Position numbers and translations under genes: made by a program | Notes under the pieces: generated by a model | The model's input: only the letters and a program-made list of their open reading frames with translations | Told to the model about the DNA's origin: nothing | The model's database searches: none | DNA from: Nitrospirota bacterium | GTDB taxonomy: Bacteria > Nitrospirota > UBA9217 | Direction of reading: 5' to 3' | DNA length: 64,000 nt | Assembly: GCA_963740085.1 (NCBI GenBank) | Contig: CAVUCU010000005.1 | Coordinates: 352,001-416,000 of the forward strand | Part shown: positions 39,660-49,706 of the stretch, piece after piece | Position numbering within the stretch: position 1 is the stretch's first letter | How the letters are laid out: each line of letters starts with the position of its first letter

Positions 39660-40589
39660 ATGAAAAAGATCGACACCTCACGCATAAAGACCTATCCGCT
39701 CAGGGGCCGCGAAAGCAAGGTGCGGACCGGCGATTTCGCCAAACCACACAAGAAGGGGGCGAGCTTCCGGGATTTCTTTTTTTCCCTTCCGGACATTCTC
39801 GCCTCAAGGCATTACAGGGACGTCGTGGCCGCGGTCGTCCAGGCGCGACGGGACAAACGGCCGGTCATGCTCGGTATGGGCGCCCACGCGATCAAGGTTG
39901 GTTTGAATCCCGTGATCATCGACCTGATGGAGCGCGGGATATTCACGAGCCTCGCACTTAACGGCGCCGGCATCATCCACGACTTCGAGCTCGCCCTGGT
40001 CGGCCGGACGTCCGAGGACGTTGATAAGGAGATCCTGACCGGCGCCTTCGGCATGGCCGAGGAAACCGGCTGTATGCTGAACGGGGCGATCAAATCGGCA
40101 GGACCGGAGGAGGGCATCGGCGCCGCGGTCGGCAAGATGATCCAGAACGGCGATTTTCCTTACAAGGAGAATAGCCTGCTCGCCGCAGGTCACCGCCTTG
40201 AGGTCCCGGTGACGGTACATGTCGCGATCGGGACAGACATCATCCACATGCATCCCTCTTTCGACGGCAGGGCGACCGGCGAGGCCGCTCACCGGGACTT
40301 TCTGACATTCTGTTCCCTCGTGTCCGATATTGAAGGCGGCGTCTACATCAATCTCGGCTCGGCGGTGCTGCTGCCTGAGATCTTTCTGAAGGCCGTGACC
40401 CTCAGCAGGAACCTCGGACATTCACTCCATCACTTCACTACCGTAAACATGGATTTTGTCCAGCACTACCGCCCGAACACCAACGTCGTTCGACGCCCCA
40501 CCCAGGACGGCGGCAGAGGCTTCGCGCTCACCGGCCATCACGAGATCATGTTCCCCCTTCTTGCTGCAGCGATTATCGAAGAGATATGA
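39660..40589 (+). CDS. Conserved protein with deoxyhypusine-synthase-like fold
   Basis: GAHAIKVGL...NGAGIIHDFE, IGTDIIH, GSAVLLPE and GHHE motifs. Confidence 0.6.
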   Translation: MKKIDTSRIKTYPLRGRESKVRTGDFAKPHKKGASFRDFFFSLPDILASRHYRDVVAAVVQARRDKRPVMLGMGAHAIKVGLNPVIIDLMERGIFTSLALNGAGIIHDFELALVGRTSEDVDKEILTGAFGMAEETGCMLNGAIKSAGPEEGIGAAVGKMIQNGDFPYKENSLLAAGHRLEVPVTVHVAIGTDIIHMHPSFDGRATGEAAHRDFLTFCSLVSDIEGGVYINLGSAVLLPEIFLKAVTLSRNLGHSLHHFTTVNMDFVQHYRPNTNVVRRPTQDGGRGFALTGHHEIMFPLLAAAIIEEI

Positions 40590-40694
40590 TGAACGTGCGA
40601 ACGTTGCCTCTATTAAGGTCGCCGGTTGCGCAGCCAATCGTACGACCAAGACTTCCTTTATCATAGTATGATCTCGGAAAAACCTTAGTTCACC

Positions 40695-40760
40695 ACCGCG
40701 GAACCGGTAGAAAACCACTGAATTTTAATTTTTATTCCGTTTCTCGGTGGTTCCATGGTA
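40695..40760. repeat. Intergenic imperfect palindrome of the same family
   Basis: Left arm ACCGCGGAACCGGTAGAAAACCACTGAA; reverse complement of right arm TACCATGGAACCACCGAGAAACGGAA. Confidence 0.6.
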
Positions 40761-40836
40761 GATTTTTTAACGCCATGCCGATGCATTCCATATATATGAT
40801 TATTAGGAAATTTTATGGTGTTTTCCGGGTTTTCTC

Positions 40837-40865
40837 TTGACAAAAAATGGAGGTTCCTGTAAATT
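40837..40865 (+). promoter_or_regulatory. Sigma70-type promoter of atpBE
   Basis: TTGACA-N17-TAAATT. Confidence 0.6.
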
Positions 40866-40901
40866 TTCCGTGTATTTTAGCGATTGTAAAGGAGCGTGCG
40901 C

Positions 40902-41597
40902 ATGAAAGAAGGACCGTTACTTCTACATTTCCCTGTCCCGGGCCTTACCGAGGCCGGACAGGTTGTAATTACATATTCATGGCTGGCCATGGCCATCCTG
41001 ATCGGACTTTCGCTGGTTGCGCGCTTCTCACTCAAGAAGACCGCGCCCACGGGCGTGCAGAATTTTCTGGAGACCATTGTCGACGGTCTTGAGGACTTCG
41101 TGGTGGATATCATGGGGCCTGAAGGCAAGCACTATCTGTCGCTCATCGGCTCTCTCTTCCTTTTCATCCTGGTGTGCAACCTCTTGGGACTCATCCCGGG
41201 ATTTGATTCACCGACAGCGAACATCAATACCACCCTGGCGCTCGCGCTCGTTTCTTTTACCGCAACCCATTACATCGGCATCAAGCGATATGGATTCAAG
41301 TATATCAAGCACTTCATGGGACCGATGTGGGCACTTGCTCCGCTCATGCTCCCCATCGAGATCATCAGTCATTTCGCGCGCGTCATGTCACTCACCTTTC
41401 GTCTTTTCGGCAATATGGTAGCAAAGCACAAACTGCTGCTGGTGCTGGCACTGCTGGCTCCGTACCTCGCCCCGGTGCCGATCCTTGGCTTGGGCCTTTT
41501 GGTGGCCTTTGTGCAAGCGCTCGTTTTCACCCTCCTGACCATGCTGTATCTGGCAGGCTCGATCGAAGCAGCTCACCTTGGCGGCGATCACCACTAA
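40902..41597 (+). CDS. atpB: F0F1 ATP synthase subunit a
   Basis: NLLGLIPG, PTANIN, SLTFRLFGNM with the essential Arg, and VQALVF. Confidence 0.96.
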   Translation: MKEGPLLLHFPVPGLTEAGQVVITYSWLAMAILIGLSLVARFSLKKTAPTGVQNFLETIVDGLEDFVVDIMGPEGKHYLSLIGSLFLFILVCNLLGLIPGFDSPTANINTTLALALVSFTATHYIGIKRYGFKYIKHFMGPMWALAPLMLPIEIISHFARVMSLTFRLFGNMVAKHKLLLVLALLAPYLAPVPILGLGLLVAFVQALVFTLLTMLYLAGSIEAAHLGGDHH

Positions 41598-42056
<459 letters not shown>

Positions 42057-42087
42057 GCGAAGCTGAACTTCACCGTGAATTCACAAC

Positions 42088-42131
42088 AAAAAAAGGGACG
42101 GTTCATTGAACCGTCCCTTTTTTATTTTTTT
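42088..42131. terminator. Bidirectional intrinsic terminator
   Basis: A7-GGGACGGTTCA-T-TGAACCGTCCC-T tract between convergent genes. Confidence 0.9.
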
Positions 42132-42223
42132 GTGGGAAACATGGAGCCTACCCGGTAAATCGGCCATGCGGCGTGGTCATCATGCAGAGGGGAAGAACCA
42201 CAGATGATTTCACCCGAATATTC

Positions 42224-42667
42224 TTACGCCACTTTCTTTGCAGCGACCGCCTCGCCCAGGACCCTGGCTTCTCCGCCTATCCGGGCATTGTTGACATGGG
42301 CGTTCCCGCCGACCTCTGCCCTGTCACACACTTCGCCAAACCCGGTCACGACTGCATCTCCATAGATGCTGGAAAATCCGTAAACCTTTGCATCGCCGGT
42401 GACCTTGGCATTGCCGAAGACCTTGGAATTCCCGAAAACCTCCGCCCGGCCCGATACCTCGGCCTTGTCGAAGACCCACGCATTCCCGAAAATGAATGCC
42501 TCGCCGCTCAGCTTACACCTGCCGCAGATCTTGGCAAAAGGACCTACATACACAGTATCCGCGACCTGTGCATGCTCAGCAACCATGCCGCCTCCATATG
42601 GGTGATGATGATACTTGATTCCATCGATCTCCACTACCGGTGCAGTTGTCAATACCTTGATATCCAT
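42224..42667 (-). CDS. Hexapeptide-repeat (left-handed beta-helix) protein
   Basis: Tandem G[N/D]A.V[F/Y] hexads after HPYGGGMVA; GGAGG RBS. Confidence 0.75.
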   Translation of the reverse strand: MDIKVLTTAPVVEIDGIKYHHHPYGGGMVAEHAQVADTVYVGPFAKICGRCKLSGEAFIFGNAWVFDKAEVSGRAEVFGNSKVFGNAKVTGDAKVYGFSSIYGDAVVTGFGEVCDRAEVGGNAHVNNARIGGEARVLGEAVAAKKVA

Positions 42668-42992
42668 AGTTCACCTCCAAAGATATAATAATTCCGCATC
42701 CGTCTTCTTTATCAATAGCGTGCAACCGAACTCCGAAGGCATCTCATGAACAACACCTCAAATTGTAATTTTACTTACTGTAATGATAGCCAATAAGGGT
42801 ATCTTTGTCAAATTCGCCTGGACTCAGGCCCAGGATAATACCTGGTTTGGAACTAAACCTGCTACGAACCCCGTGGAAGGGCGCATATTAAACTTCCATA
42901 CTTACAGTCGGTTATATAGTAGCTCCAAGTCGACCACCGTATCAAAGAGAAAACGAGAACCATTGAATTTCCTTTAGATTACGTCGATTATT

Positions 42993-43001
42993 TGCTATAA
43001 T
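42993..43001 (+). promoter_or_regulatory. Extended -10 promoter upstream of gltX
   Basis: TG-C-TATAAT. Confidence 0.55.
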
Positions 43002-43049
43002 ATTGCCTCAACACAATTCATGCTCTCTGAAGAAGGAGTCCATTTTCTC

Positions 43050-44468
43050 ATGAGCACTATTCGAAATGTTCGAGTCCGTTTTGCACCAAGCCCGACCGGC
43101 GCCCTGCACATAGGTGGTGTGCGCACCGCGCTCTTCAACTGGCTCTTCGCGCGTCACCACAACGGGAAATTCATCCTCAGGATCGAGGACACGGACCAGA
43201 CCCGCTCCACCGATGAGTCCATCAAGATCATCCTCGACGGAATGATGTGGCTCGGCCTTGACTGGGACGAGGGCCCATTCCGCCAGACCGAGCGCATGGA
43301 CATTTATAAAGAACATGTGGATCGTTTGCTCAAAGCGGGCAAGGCATACTACTGCTACTGTACCCCGGAAGAGCTCGACGCGCGCAGGAAAGAGGCCATG
43401 GCCGCGGGCAAGCCGCCGAAGTACGATCGGAAGTGCCGATCGCTGGCTGCACCGGTAGAGGGCAGGACACCTGCTGTCCGGTTCCTCTCGTCCGACCAGG
43501 GCCAGACCATCGTGCGAGACATGATCCGAGGAGCGGTAACGTTCGAGAACCAGCAGCTTGACGATCTCATCATCCAGCGCTCTGACGGCTTCCCGACCTA
43601 CAACTTTGCCGTTGTCGTTGATGACGTGACCATGAGCATCACCCATGTCATACGAGGCGACGACCATTTGAACAATACGCCGCGCCAGATCCAGCTGTAT
43701 CAGGCCCTGGGGTATGATCCGCCGGAATTTGCCCACCTTCCCATGATCCTCGGCCCGGACAAGACCAAACTCTCAAAACGCCACGGCGCCACGGCCGTTA
43801 CGGAATATATCGACATGGGCTATCTGCCCGAGGCGCTCGTGAACTACCTCTCCCGTCTCGGCTGGTCGTCAGGAGACCAGGAGATCTTCTCGCGCCAGGA
43901 ACTGATCGACAAATTTTCCCTCGACAGCGTGGGAAAAGCACCGTCCGTCTTTAACCCCGAAAAGCTGCTCTGGCTGAACCATCATTACATCCAGCAGGCT
44001 GACGCGGGCAGAATCGCGGAACTGGTGCTCGACCTTCTGAAGAAGGACGGCGTCGTGAAGCAGGGAAACGAGCCGGACCCCGAGTGGTTCAAGAAACTGG
44101 TAACAATCCTCACCGAGCGCAGCCACACGCTCGTGGAAATGAAAACCGGCGCATTGCCTTTTATTCTGGACGAGATAACGATGGACGAGAAGGCGCGGAT
44201 GAAACACCTCACACCGGATGTTGCACCGCTCCTTTCCGAACTGACAGGACGGATGCAATTAGTGGAACCGTTTACGCACGATGAATTGGCAAAGGTCTTC
44301 AATTCGCTCGTCGCGGAAAAAGGCATTAAGCTCGGCAAGCTTGCACAGCCCGTGCGCGTAGCCTTGACCGGCGGCACGGTCAGCCCCGGCATCTTCGAGG
44401 TGCTTGAGGTAATGGGGAAAGAGAAGTCCCTGAAGAGGATCGAAGCGGCAATCGGGCTGGCGAAATAA
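43050..44468 (+). CDS. gltX: Glutamate--tRNA ligase
   Basis: RFAPSPTG.LHIGG, LRIEDTD and KLSKR. Confidence 0.98.
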   Translation: MSTIRNVRVRFAPSPTGALHIGGVRTALFNWLFARHHNGKFILRIEDTDQTRSTDESIKIILDGMMWLGLDWDEGPFRQTERMDIYKEHVDRLLKAGKAYYCYCTPEELDARRKEAMAAGKPPKYDRKCRSLAAPVEGRTPAVRFLSSDQGQTIVRDMIRGAVTFENQQLDDLIIQRSDGFPTYNFAVVVDDVTMSITHVIRGDDHLNNTPRQIQLYQALGYDPPEFAHLPMILGPDKTKLSKRHGATAVTEYIDMGYLPEALVNYLSRLGWSSGDQEIFSRQELIDKFSLDSVGKAPSVFNPEKLLWLNHHYIQQADAGRIAELVLDLLKKDGVVKQGNEPDPEWFKKLVTILTERSHTLVEMKTGALPFILDEITMDEKARMKHLTPDVAPLLSELTGRMQLVEPFTHDELAKVFNSLVAEKGIKLGKLAQPVRVALTGGTVSPGIFEVLEVMGKEKSLKRIEAAIGLAK

Positions 44469-44498
44469 CCGACTTCGGCGATTTCTCATGGTGCGGCA

Positions 44499-44951
44499 AT
44501 GGAAAGCTCATTATGCCTCATCAACACCTGGCACATCGATCGGGAGTATGTTGACCAGGGAATCAAGCTCCAGCCCCGCGATATCACCTACGCTCTTTAT
44601 TGGACCAACAGGCCGTACACGTTATATGTGTGGCATTTGACCGAAGACCGGGTCGTTCATTACTTCAACATAGCAGACAGGATCTCACTGCAACCGCGGG
44701 AATTTCTGTGGCGAGATCTTACGGTCGACATCCTGATCGCTGATGACCGCAGCGTTCATATCCTTGACGAGGACGAGCTGCCAGACGATCTGGACCCCGC
44801 ATTATCGAGCTACATTCAAAAGGCGAAAGCGGCCGTCATGCGGGAAGATTCATCAATAATACATGAAGCAAATAGCATTGTAAGCTCATTGTCTTCCCAT
44901 GCAGCATTACCGGAGCAGGGTAAGGTCAACAAACCCCATTCTGCCGGTTGA
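44499..44951 (+). CDS. DUF402-like protein, possibly 5'-truncated
   Basis: YW.NRPY.LY, YFNIAD and DLTVDIL...ILDEDEL. Confidence 0.55.
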   Translation: MESSLCLINTWHIDREYVDQGIKLQPRDITYALYWTNRPYTLYVWHLTEDRVVHYFNIADRISLQPREFLWRDLTVDILIADDRSVHILDEDELPDDLDPALSSYIQKAKAAVMREDSSIIHEANSIVSSLSSHAALPEQGKVNKPHSAG

Positions 44952-45101
44952 CCGGTTCATGCTTTTTCATCGGGTGCGTCGGCACATACGCCGCCTCCGC
45001 TTGACAATTCGGCAATTATGCACCATGATTGTGTATGTGCAATAAAGCTTCAATGCAGTGGCCGGGAGATGTTGCATTACAATCGTCAGAAGGAGGCAAC
45101 G

Positions 45102-45611
45102 ATGCAAGATAAAAGATTTTGGTCTCCCTATGTTGCCGGGGCCGTTCTTGGTGTTACCCTGTTGGCGACGTTCTATATCGCAGGAAGAGGTCTGGGCGCG
45201 TCGGGTGCGATAACCCTCGTAACGGCCGAGAGCACCTTTTCCATCATACCTGAGTTTATCGGCCGCCTGAATTATTTTGCCCGATATATCACCCCCAGAG
45301 CGCCGCTCATAAACTGGAACCTTTTTTTACTCATCGGTGTTTTTGTGGGTGCTCTTTCGAGCGCGTCGTTCACAGGGAATTTTAAAGTGCAGCTGGATAA
45401 GGCCAAAACCATGGGTTTAGGCACACGGTTGCTTACGTCGTTGATAGGCGGGATGCTCATCGGCTTTGCGTCGCGGCTTGCCCGCGGGTGTACCAGCGGG
45501 GTAGCGCTTACTGGAGGCGCCCAGCTTGCGTTGGCTGGATGGATCTTTGTGATCGCCATGTTCGCAGCCGGCTTCATTATTGCCGCCTTCCTCAGGAGAT
45601 TATGGTCGTGA
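45102..45611 (+). CDS. YeeE/YedE sulfur-compound transporter family, half 1
   Basis: WSPYVAG, LGASG and RLARGCTSG. Confidence 0.88.
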   Translation: MQDKRFWSPYVAGAVLGVTLLATFYIAGRGLGASGAITLVTAESTFSIIPEFIGRLNYFARYITPRAPLINWNLFLLIGVFVGALSSASFTGNFKVQLDKAKTMGLGTRLLTSLIGGMLIGFASRLARGCTSGVALTGGAQLALAGWIFVIAMFAAGFIIAAFLRRLWS

Positions 45612-46183
45612 TGGCCCCTTTTGAGATAAGTCAGTCCGCCAGTCTCGGATTGGCGGTCGTGTTCGGTCTTTTCTTTGGCTTATCCCTCGAACGGGGAGGA
45701 CTTGGAGACCCGCATAAGCTGACGGGTGTCTTCTACCTTCGTGATTTCACCGTGCCAAAGGTCATGTTCACCGCGATCATCGTCGCATCCGTTGGCCTCT
45801 ACCTGCTTGCTGATCTCAACCTGCTGGACATGGAGCGGGTCTATATCATACCGACGTTCTTCTGGCCGCAGCTCGTGGGCGGGGCGCTGTTCGGCGTCGG
45901 CTATGTCATAAGCGGATACTGTCCCGGAACGGCCATGGTCGGCCTGGCATCGGGAAGGCTTGATGCCCTTGTAATGATATTCGGGGTTGGCGCGGGCACT
46001 CTTCTGTTTGCCATCCTCTTTCCTTACCTTGAAGGATTTTACCTGTCCACGGACATGGGAACGCCGACGCTTCCAGGGCTCACCGGATTGAACCACTGGA
46101 TCATTATCATTTTGCTCGGTGCCGTCGCAGGGATGATGTTCTTTGTGATGGAGAAGTACGAGAGGAAAGAAAGCAAGCACTAG
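45611..46183 (+). CDS. YeeE/YedE sulfur-compound transporter family, half 2
   Basis: GLFFG.SLERGG, D..V.KVMFTAI and GYCPGT; TGATG coupling to half 1. Confidence 0.88.
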   Translation: MAPFEISQSASLGLAVVFGLFFGLSLERGGLGDPHKLTGVFYLRDFTVPKVMFTAIIVASVGLYLLADLNLLDMERVYIIPTFFWPQLVGGALFGVGYVISGYCPGTAMVGLASGRLDALVMIFGVGAGTLLFAILFPYLEGFYLSTDMGTPTLPGLTGLNHWIIIILLGAVAGMMFFVMEKYERKESKH

Positions 46184-46471
46184 TTCTCAACTTTATCGCG
46201 TTGAAGACAGACGCTACTGCTAAAATTGGTTTTCGTGGTTCAGAGGGGAAGGTCCTCCTAGACACCGGAGCTTCAAATCCTGAAGGTCATTTTTTATATC
46301 CGTTCATTTCCTCAAGTGGTCGCTGTTCATCCGAATGATAGATGCTGACTGGGTGCTCATATCATGCGAATGCTTCTGTTCGCCGGCAGGTTTCCCTCTT
46401 GCTTTGTCTTGATTTGAATCGCGATCGCAATTGTGATTGTCAAACCACTCTGGTTGCGATACAATGTTTGC

Positions 46472-46747
46472 GTGCGTCTTGACCTGTTCCTGAAAACAAG
46501 CCGGCTCGTGAAGCGCAGGACCGTTGCGCAGGAGTTGTGCGTCGCCGGCAGGGTGCTGGTGAACAGCCATGAAGCAAAACCCTCAAAAGAAGTGAAGCAG
46601 GGTGATATCATAACCCTGAAGTTTTCTTCACGCATTGTTGATCTGGAGATCGTCGGCGTGCTCGATGCATCCTCCCGGAAGAGATCTTCCGAAGAACTGT
46701 ACCGCGTAAAATCAGAGACGCGATTGCCGAAGGAACTGTTGAACTGA
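46472..46747 (+). CDS. S4 RNA-binding protein (RqcP/YabO/Hsp15-like)
   Basis: RLDLFLKTSRLVKRRTVAQELC..GRV.VN...KPS.EVK.GD. Confidence 0.88.
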   Translation: MRLDLFLKTSRLVKRRTVAQELCVAGRVLVNSHEAKPSKEVKQGDIITLKFSSRIVDLEIVGVLDASSRKRSSEELYRVKSETRLPKELLN

Positions 46748-46836
46748 CCTAAAATAATGACATCTATTCCCCCTCATCCCGGTCCCCTCCTCGGGCGGAA
46801 GAGGAAACGAACAACCTTGTCGAGAGAGAAGCCGTT

Positions 46837-47856
46837 ATGCAGCAAAAACCCCTGATCGTTATAACCATGGGTGATCCGGCCGGGATCGGCCCGGAGATCA
46901 TCGCCAAGGTCATTGACAACGCCGAGATCCTTCTGCTCTGCAGACCGGTGGTGATCGGCGATGCCGGCGTAATGAAAAAACTGATCGAAGAGATGCGGCT
47001 GTCGGTAACGGTGAACAGCATTGCATCGCTCGACCAGGCGGATCCGGCCGAAGGCCGACTCGACGTGCTTGACCTCAAGAACGTCGATCCCACTGCTCAC
47101 CATTGGGGCAAACCGAACGCCTCATCAGGCAATGCGGTCGTTGCGTACATAAAGAAGGCCGTTGAGCTGACCATGAGGGATGAGGCTGATGCCATGGTGA
47201 CAGCACCGATCAGCAAGGAAATGATGAACGCGGCCGGACATCATTACGCCGGCCACACAGAGCTCCTTGCCGATCTTACAAAAACCAAAGAGTATGGCAT
47301 GATGTTCGTGGGCGGAGGACTGCGTCTTATCCTGACCACGATCCATGTGGCACTGAAGGACGTCCACCGCCACGTAACGCAAGAGAATGTTCTTAAAACC
47401 CTGCGCCTTGCTCATCAGGCGACGAAATTCCTCGGGATCAATAAACCGCGCATCGGGGTGGCGGCCCTGAACCCCCACGCCGGAGAGGGAGGACTTTTCG
47501 GGTCTGAAGAGTGGGATGCGATCATGCCCGCGGTCATCGAGGCGCGAGGCGAGGGAATTGACGCAAGCGATCCGATCCCCGCCGACACCTTGTTTTACAA
47601 GGCGCGGAACAACCATTTCGACATCCTTGTCGCCATGTACCACGATCAGGGCCTTGCGCCGCTCAAAATGGTCGCCTTCGGAAATGCGGTGAATGTCACC
47701 GTGGGACTCCCGATCATCCGCACCTCCGTTGACCACGGAACCGCCTACGATATAGCCGGCAAAGGCTGCGCCGACCCCGCAAGCCTGCTTGAGGCGATAA
47801 GGCTTGCCGTAAAAATGTCGACATTCCGGAATACAGGATCGAGGAAACACTCATGA
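46837..47856 (+). CDS. pdxA: 4-hydroxythreonine-4-phosphate dehydrogenase
   Basis: TMGDPAGIGPE, GHTE, LNPHAGE, MYHDQG and RTSVDHGTA. Confidence 0.96.
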   Translation: MQQKPLIVITMGDPAGIGPEIIAKVIDNAEILLLCRPVVIGDAGVMKKLIEEMRLSVTVNSIASLDQADPAEGRLDVLDLKNVDPTAHHWGKPNASSGNAVVAYIKKAVELTMRDEADAMVTAPISKEMMNAAGHHYAGHTELLADLTKTKEYGMMFVGGGLRLILTTIHVALKDVHRHVTQENVLKTLRLAHQATKFLGINKPRIGVAALNPHAGEGGLFGSEEWDAIMPAVIEARGEGIDASDPIPADTLFYKARNNHFDILVAMYHDQGLAPLKMVAFGNAVNVTVGLPIIRTSVDHGTAYDIAGKGCADPASLLEAIRLAVKMSTFRNTGSRKHS

Positions 47857-48923
47857 CCGGCCATCAGCCGACATTCATAACGCGTGCTCAACTCTTTGCG
47901 CTCGCATTCTTTGCAGTCTTTATCTTTCTTCTCTACCAGATGGGCCGTCTTCTTGCCCCGTTCTCGGCGGCTTTGCTCTGGGCTGTTGTTATCACGCTTG
48001 CCCTGTACCCCCTTCACCAGCGTGTGCTCCGCCTGCTCAAGGGGAGCCCCGGATTTGCCGCCGCAATCATGACGATCATCACCCTGCTGGCGGTGATCGG
48101 TCCCGCCATTGCCGTGCTGGTCGTCTTCGCAGGACAAGCCGTTGATCTCTACCAATCGGCATCGCAAGGCATTCAGTCCGGAAAGTTTCTTGAACTCTGG
48201 AACAGGGCCTCCACCTCCCTTACCGAGACCCTGCGAAGACTTCCGCTCCTGTCCGGGATCGATATACCGGGGTTGGCCATGAAAGGCCTCGGGGAAGTCT
48301 CGAGAGGCCTTGCAGGACAGATCGGTTTTTTGCTCAATCAGATCATGGTCCTGATGATCGATCTTGCGGTCATGCTCGTCGCGCTCTTTTTCTTTTTCCG
48401 GGATGGCGAGTCCTACTACCGGACGGTCATGGATATGCTTCCCTTCTCTCCTGACCATAAACAGTCCATCTCACGGCAAGTGAAGGCTACCTTCACCGCG
48501 GTCATTAACGGGGTGTTCCTGGTCGCGCTGCTCCAGGGGATCATGACCTGCATCGGGTTTGCCCTGTTCGGCATCCCTTTTTCGGTATTCTGGGGCCTGA
48601 TCGCAGCAGTCGTGGCCCTCCTGCCCATCGGAGGAGCGGCGCTCGTATGGGTTCCGGGGGCGCTCTTTCTGTTCTTTACCGGGTCGAAGGTCAGCAGTGT
48701 CCTTTTGTTTGTCTGGGGGCTCATCTTCGTGTCCCTGCCGGACAACTTTTTGAAACCTCTGCTCATCGGGAAAAAAGCGAAACTCCCTGCGTTCTTTCTG
48801 TTCATCGGAATCCTCGGCGGGCTGAAGGTATACGGCTTATTGGGTATTCTTTTCGGCCCTCTCTTGGTCACCCTCCTCTTCGCCTTTCTGCAGATCTATC
48901 GAGCGGAGTATGGCGAAGAATGA
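47853..48923 (+). CDS. AI-2E family transporter
   Basis: Multiple TM helices, FFFFRDG, DNFLKP and G.LFGP. Confidence 0.9.
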   Translation: MTGHQPTFITRAQLFALAFFAVFIFLLYQMGRLLAPFSAALLWAVVITLALYPLHQRVLRLLKGSPGFAAAIMTIITLLAVIGPAIAVLVVFAGQAVDLYQSASQGIQSGKFLELWNRASTSLTETLRRLPLLSGIDIPGLAMKGLGEVSRGLAGQIGFLLNQIMVLMIDLAVMLVALFFFFRDGESYYRTVMDMLPFSPDHKQSISRQVKATFTAVINGVFLVALLQGIMTCIGFALFGIPFSVFWGLIAAVVALLPIGGAALVWVPGALFLFFTGSKVSSVLLFVWGLIFVSLPDNFLKPLLIGKKAKLPAFFLFIGILGGLKVYGLLGILFGPLLVTLLFAFLQIYRAEYGEE

Positions 48924-49022
48924 AGAACCCTTCTCGATTTTACCACACAGGCTCTGTTGCCGCACCGATCGTTTCCGGTGTCTGTTTCATACACTATTGC
49001 CCTAACAGGGGGAGCTAAAAAC

Positions 49023-49706
49023 ATGGAAGATCTGGCGAAATCAGATACCTGGCGGGTGTTCCGCATCATGGCTGAACTGGTGGAAGGCTTTGAAGCCTTG
49101 AGCAACATCGGCCCTGCGGTGACCGTCTTCGGGAGCGCGCGGCTCGAACCCGGTTCTCCCTACTACAACAAGTGCCTCAGGGTCGCCGAGAGCCTGGCAA
49201 AGGACGGCTTTGCCGTGATCTCAGGAGGCGGGCCCGGCATCATGGAAGCCGCGAACAAGGGTGCACAGAACGCGAACGGCACGTCGGTGGGCCTGAACAT
49301 CGCGCTTCCCCTGGAGCAAACGCAGAACCAGTTCCAGGACGTACGAATTGAATTCCGCTACTTCTTCGTCCGCAAGCTCATGTTCGTGAAATATGCAGTC
49401 GCGTATGTGATCTTCCCGGGCGGCTTCGGCACCATGGACGAGCTGTTCGAGGCCCTCACGCTCATTCAGACAAAAAAGATCCGGGGATTCCCCGTAGTGC
49501 TCGTGGGTAAGGAATACTGGTCGGGGTTGTTCGACTGGATGAAGAAGACCGTTCTCGCGGCGAACAGCATCAACCAGGAGGACCTCGACCTCATGCATAT
49601 CGTGGACGAGCCTGAAGAGGTCTGCGCGATCATCAATAAAAGATATAGCGACCGCCTGAGCGGTGTCCACAAGGACCGGCGGGACAAGACCAAGAAGGGT
49701 ATTTAG
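49023..49706 (+). CDS. LOG family protein (Rossmann fold)
   Basis: VFGSAR, SGGGPGIMEAANKG, RK.MF and PGGFGTMDE. Confidence 0.93.
   Translation: MEDLAKSDTWRVFRIMAELVEGFEALSNIGPAVTVFGSARLEPGSPYYNKCLRVAESLAKDGFAVISGGGPGIMEAANKGAQNANGTSVGLNIALPLEQTQNQFQDVRIEFRYFFVRKLMFVKYAVAYVIFPGGFGTMDELFEALTLIQTKKIRGFPVVLVGKEYWSGLFDWMKKTVLAANSINQEDLDLMHIVDEPEEVCAIINKRYSDRLSGVHKDRRDKTKKGI

Noticed and set aside
42848-42863. Sigma54-like GG-N10-GC site
   Set aside because: It deviates from TGGCAC/TTGC, and gltX has a nearer extended -10 promoter.
44469-44498. tRNA gene after gltX, a common arrangement
   Set aside because: The gap is too short and has no cloverleaf or T-loop motif. No tRNA was recognised anywhere in the window.
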